Below are positions 60,406 to 64,000 of a stretch of DNA of 64,000 nucleotides, piece after piece. The stretch is from the IMG/VR virus record IMGVR_UViG_3300036985_007154; one strand, written 5' to 3'. Under the pieces are notes generated by a model. The model worked only from the letters and a program-made list of their open reading frames with translations, was not told the origin of the DNA and ran no database searches. Each line of letters begins with the position of its first letter. Within the stretch, counting starts at the first letter, position 1. A program made the position numbers and the translations under genes. The DNA is from an uncultured virus (IMG/VR IMGVR_UViG_3300036985_007154). Taxonomy: Duplodnaviria; Heunggongvirae; Uroviricota; Caudoviricetes.

Positions 60406-62095
60406 GTATACAATAATACCGAGTGGGCTTAGATATAAAGGAGCTCCGTCAATAGATGAGGAACTTTCTGTAACGCTTCAGGAGCAGAGTCAAGAACTCA
60501 CTGAGTATGATAGAACATCTACGTTAAATCTTGCTCAGATTTATGATGATGAACGACAGACGAGTACGATATTCAGACCAACATTTAAGGTCACGTATTT
60601 GTATGACAATACCTATACTGGTACTACAACGTATTTGCCGTTTCAATATAATCTTTATTATACTGACCCGATATCTTCAAAACAAAGCGGTATATGGAGA
60701 GGGTTTCCTCAGTATTATGAGTTTGATTTTTATAGACCTAATGTAGGTGACAATCACTTTCAGTACAAAGCAAAAAGTGCCTACACTTATAATTGGATGT
60801 ATTACTTGACATATCCATACGAGAATGATAGTAATAGACAATTAACATACTATTCTACAACAAATAATGATGTCAACTGGATTGCGTCTAGTGGAATACC
60901 ATTTTCAATAGTTAATAGTACACAAAATGGCAATGGTTTGGTTTCATTTGTATGTATTGCTCCTCATGGATTAACAACAGGGGAATATGTCGAGTTATCT
61001 TTAACCTACCGTAATTCTAATATATTTCAGGTATATTCTATTGGTAATGGATTATTTGGAAGTGACGTTCATGTTTTCAATTTATTTAATATTGGATTTA
61101 CTGGTTCAACATTTAATAATGGAACGATTGGAACGTTTAGGAGAGTAATAAACCCAGATAATCTAACCGAAACAAGATCGAAATACTATGTTAAGAAATA
61201 TAAGGTCTTAACCAACCTTACTGACCTTGCAATCACTAAGGCGGGATTTGAAAAAAATGTATTTGGAGAAGAAAGAAAACTTGAATACAGTTCTATAACA
61301 CCAAACAATGTTACAAGAATATCTCAAAAGACAAGTAGTAATGCTTATGATGTAACGTCTAACTATGATTTGAACTTTGCGGGTTTGTTGGATAATCAAA
61401 AAAGGCCATTGAATGAAATTAGTCTAACAATAGTTAACAAAGGATATTCGGGATATTTCAACCAAGCGTTCAATAGTGTTGGATTGAAACAGGGATGGGG
61501 ATTTAATTTGGCAAAAACTGTAACCCCTTGGTGGGATTTGAATAATCAAAGGTCAAACACAAACATACCTGTTTCGGCATATACTCTCACCAATGGCGCG
61601 ACAAAAACATTTTATTACAATGATGATTTGAAAGTTGGTGATATTATGGATGGTGATTTTTGTGAGTGGAATGACTATGAACAAGTTGAACGTGTAGTCT
61701 CACCATATTACCATAAGATAAAGTTCAATCAAACTGTATTTCAAACTACCAATAATTTTTCTACAAACTCACCGGGATATTATTATAAACCACATAACTC
61801 AATGGTGTTGAAAGTGTTTTCGGATTATATTGAAACTGGTGAATTGGGACAGATTGACAATATTCCGAGTTGGGCATTTTATTCAACTGAGGACCAACAG
61901 TTTCGATGGAGGGATATTTATACCTATGGGTTTATAGACAATTTGGGACGTGGTGTTGATTATCCATACTTAAACTCTGCTCATTATCCTTACACTCAGG
62001 CGATTTTTAGATTGATTCCTGAAGGAATAAATTATAACGATAATCTTGACGGATTTGACTTTGCAATAAAACCACTAATAGATGAGTGTGAATAA
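60398..62095 (+). CDS. Hypothetical (putative structural) protein
   Basis: 565-aa ORF overlapping both neighbours; rich in Tyr/Asn/Thr. Confidence 0.7.
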   Translation: MNKYTIIPSGLRYKGAPSIDEELSVTLQEQSQELTEYDRTSTLNLAQIYDDERQTSTIFRPTFKVTYLYDNTYTGTTTYLPFQYNLYYTDPISSKQSGIWRGFPQYYEFDFYRPNVGDNHFQYKAKSAYTYNWMYYLTYPYENDSNRQLTYYSTTNNDVNWIASSGIPFSIVNSTQNGNGLVSFVCIAPHGLTTGEYVELSLTYRNSNIFQVYSIGNGLFGSDVHVFNLFNIGFTGSTFNNGTIGTFRRVINPDNLTETRSKYYVKKYKVLTNLTDLAITKAGFEKNVFGEERKLEYSSITPNNVTRISQKTSSNAYDVTSNYDLNFAGLLDNQKRPLNEISLTIVNKGYSGYFNQAFNSVGLKQGWGFNLAKTVTPWWDLNNQRSNTNIPVSAYTLTNGATKTFYYNDDLKVGDIMDGDFCEWNDYEQVERVVSPYYHKIKFNQTVFQTTNNFSTNSPGYYYKPHNSMVLKVFSDYIETGELGQIDNIPSWAFYSTEDQQFRWRDIYTYGFIDNLGRGVDYPYLNSAHYPYTQAIFRLIPEGINYNDNLDGFDFAIKPLIDECE

Positions 62096-62912
62096 ATTTG
62101 TAATTAGACAAGAGGTTGGTGTTGACAAACAAATCAATATACCTGTGGAACTCAAGTGGGATTATTTGGGATTGGACATGGCTATTGATGAATATGAGAC
62201 CAAAGTAATCAAAGAAGTCATTGGCGATGGTAGAGATTTTGAGGTTTCAAGATTTGCCCATGCACCTGCCACAGGAACTACGAATGATACATTAATCAAT
62301 TATGAATTTTATTTTTATTCTGGTGGGTCTCTGAACGACCTAAGTAATTGGAGAATCAATTATTTAAGTGAAGGGTTTACACCACAAGAAGTATATTATT
62401 ATAATGATGTATTTGCCAATTCGTTTTTCAAGTTGGATTTTTATGATACTCCAGATGAAAAACAACAAACAAATTATTTAACTATCATATTACCTACACA
62501 ACAGGGTTTAATGATGGAAACCCAAATGCAACGGACTTCGGTTAATATTAGAAAACCACAGTTTATTTTAGATTATGTTGGTGATAAAGAAGGATTTTTT
62601 ATCTATTGGTTAAAGAAAAGAAATTTTCTCAATATCAATACATTCTATATGTCCGCGAAGTTTTTTAACGCTAAAACTGGACAATTCACAAGAATGATGA
62701 CGGGTAGAGGTACAAATCCATTGGACTTAACAAACGGGCCTCAAGTGTATTTAACGGGAAACAAATATGCTTTTGACAGCACACAGTTTTTTTACTATAC
62801 GGTTAAACTTGATTATGAAACACAAACTTACCAAGTGTCAAATACAAGTGGGCAAAGGGTGGGAACCAACATTCCTATAAAATGGTATGAATATGTAAAC
62901 CCTCCACAGTAA
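62082..62912 (+). CDS. Hypothetical (putative structural) protein
   Basis: 276-aa ORF coupled to both neighbours. Confidence 0.7.
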   Translation: MSVNKFVIRQEVGVDKQINIPVELKWDYLGLDMAIDEYETKVIKEVIGDGRDFEVSRFAHAPATGTTNDTLINYEFYFYSGGSLNDLSNWRINYLSEGFTPQEVYYYNDVFANSFFKLDFYDTPDEKQQTNYLTIILPTQQGLMMETQMQRTSVNIRKPQFILDYVGDKEGFFIYWLKKRNFLNINTFYMSAKFFNAKTGQFTRMMTGRGTNPLDLTNGPQVYLTGNKYAFDSTQFFYYTVKLDYETQTYQVSNTSGQRVGTNIPIKWYEYVNPPQ

Positions 62913-64000
62913 TGTCACAGGATACTTATAGATTTATTGTCTCACCTGAAAATATTATAAGGGATTTATCCGTTGTTTATTACAGTGGTACTCCTGTTGG
63001 TGTTTACTCCGCTATGACGCAAGTTGTTAGTTCGGGTCCTAATGGTACTTCGTTGTTAACCAATTTGTCAGTACCTATATTATTAAGACAAACCGCAGTT
63101 GACGTTGGATATTACAGTCCATTTGATGGAGCTGTATTACAAAAAGATGTTGTTACAAATTTTATATTTTCGTCAACAACAACTAATCCATATGTATGGA
63201 ATGTATATAACACTTCAGATGAATTTCAAAAGTTTTTGGAATTGTCAGTATACAGAGTGGATTGGGGAGATGGTAGCCCCAAACAAACAATTACAACTTA
63301 CACACCAAATTCGATAAGTCATACTTACCCAACTGCAACTAAACAATATACTATAACATTGGAACAAACAAATCCGTGGGGTATAACAAAGGTATCAAAA
63401 ACAATCAATGTACCATTCACAGATGTCATAGTTTATAACCCACAAGGTCAAGCATTTTTTGCACCTTCCACAGGGAATTGGATTGGGACACCCGTGTCTT
63501 ACGATTATATATTTTCAGGAGATGCGGTCAATGAAGTTTCAGCACAAACTTCAAACAATTATGTTACAGTTCCATTCATGGTTTCAGGTAATACGAAATC
63601 AAGGATAAATGAATTGGCATTATATGGTAGTCCAAAGTTTCAAGTTGGAGTACCTGTGATTAGTTATGGACAAATATGGGGAGCAATATCAGATATAAAT
63701 CCTGTGTACACTGCCTATACAATTACTGGTGTTCATTACTATGATTACAATGATGGGACTACAATATTTTTTCAACAATCATCGGGGTTAACTTCAAATA
63801 ATTTAACGGCACAACCTATTACCAAAGATGAAGTTCTTCTCAAAGTAATCGACCAAGCTCAAGTACAAACCAACGTATTTGTTGAACGGGGGAAGAATAG
63901 TGCCTATGAAAGAGTTATGAGATTGGGTGAAGTTGATAACTTGGGAGATATGATTAACTACGGATATGGATTCTTTAACGTAGTTAATAAAAAAAGCGTT
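62912..64000 (+). CDS. PKD-domain-containing putative structural protein (3'-truncated; absent from the ORF track)
   Basis: ATG 62912 (TAATG coupling), MSQDTYRFIVSPE..., apparently open to the window end; PKD motif 'VDWGDGS...SHTY...YTITL'. Confidence 0.75.
   Translation, partial: MSQDTYRFIVSPENIIRDLSVVYYSGTPVGVYSAMTQVVSSGPNGTSLLTNLSVPILLRQTAVDVGYYSPFDGAVLQKDVVTNFIFSSTTTNPYVWNVYNTSDEFQKFLELSVYRVDWGDGSPKQTITTYTPNSISHTYPTATKQYTITLEQTNPWGITKVSKTINVPFTDVIVYNPQGQAFFAPSTGNWIGTPVSYDYIFSGDAVNEVSAQTSNNYVTVPFMVSGNTKSRINELALYGSPKFQVGVPVISYGQIWGAISDINPVYTAYTITGVHYYDYNDGTTIFFQQSSGLTSNNLTAQPITKDEVLLKVIDQAQVQTNVFVERGKNSAYERVMRLGEVDNLGDMINYGYGFFNVVNKKSV

Noticed and set aside
6739..63317. Remaining short ORFs nested in or antisense to long genes (e.g. 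11644-11841, 16420-16764, 44063-44422, 57360-57671, 63099-63317)
   Set aside because: They fully overlap well-supported genes and show no recognisable motifs.
1..64000. Stop-codon reassignment as seen in some large phages
   Set aside because: Genes are full length in the standard code, and both TAG (46712, 17012) and TGA (48203, 28663) end genes at plausible positions.

Overview
A gene-dense, AT-rich 64-kb fragment of a large (probably jumbo) myovirus-type tailed phage read in the standard code. Promoter motifs and the lack of Shine-Dalgarno sites point to a Bacteroidota host (inference). Contents in order: (i) four Thr/Pro-repeat (mucin-like) lectin-type or Cys-module proteins directly followed by four glycosyltransferase genes (GT60-like, GT25-like, two HtrL/WlaTC-like); (ii) a family B DNA polymerase; (iii) a minus-strand block with a neck protein, a Mn-type superoxide dismutase fused to a PD-(D/E)xK-like domain, two membrane-helix proteins and a SNF2 helicase; (iv) a tail module (head closure, tail terminator, sheath, HAD hydrolase, tube, chaperone pair with a candidate +1 frameshift, tape measure, tube-initiator-like protein with an OmpA-like insert, gp53-like protein, 2579-aa hub); (v) a replication block (SSB, RecA-like, 5'-3' exonuclease, DnaB-like helicase, NrdB, NrdA); (vi) gp25/gp6-like baseplate genes and further putative structural genes. 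The best candidate for an undescribed system is a phage-encoded mucin-type O-glycosylation pathway for virion appendages. Next come a possibly protease-processed, head-packaged SOD polyprotein and the +1 chaperone frameshift. All family calls rest on motifs recognised by eye, without database searches. No tRNA, rRNA, CRISPR array, intron or intein was seen.
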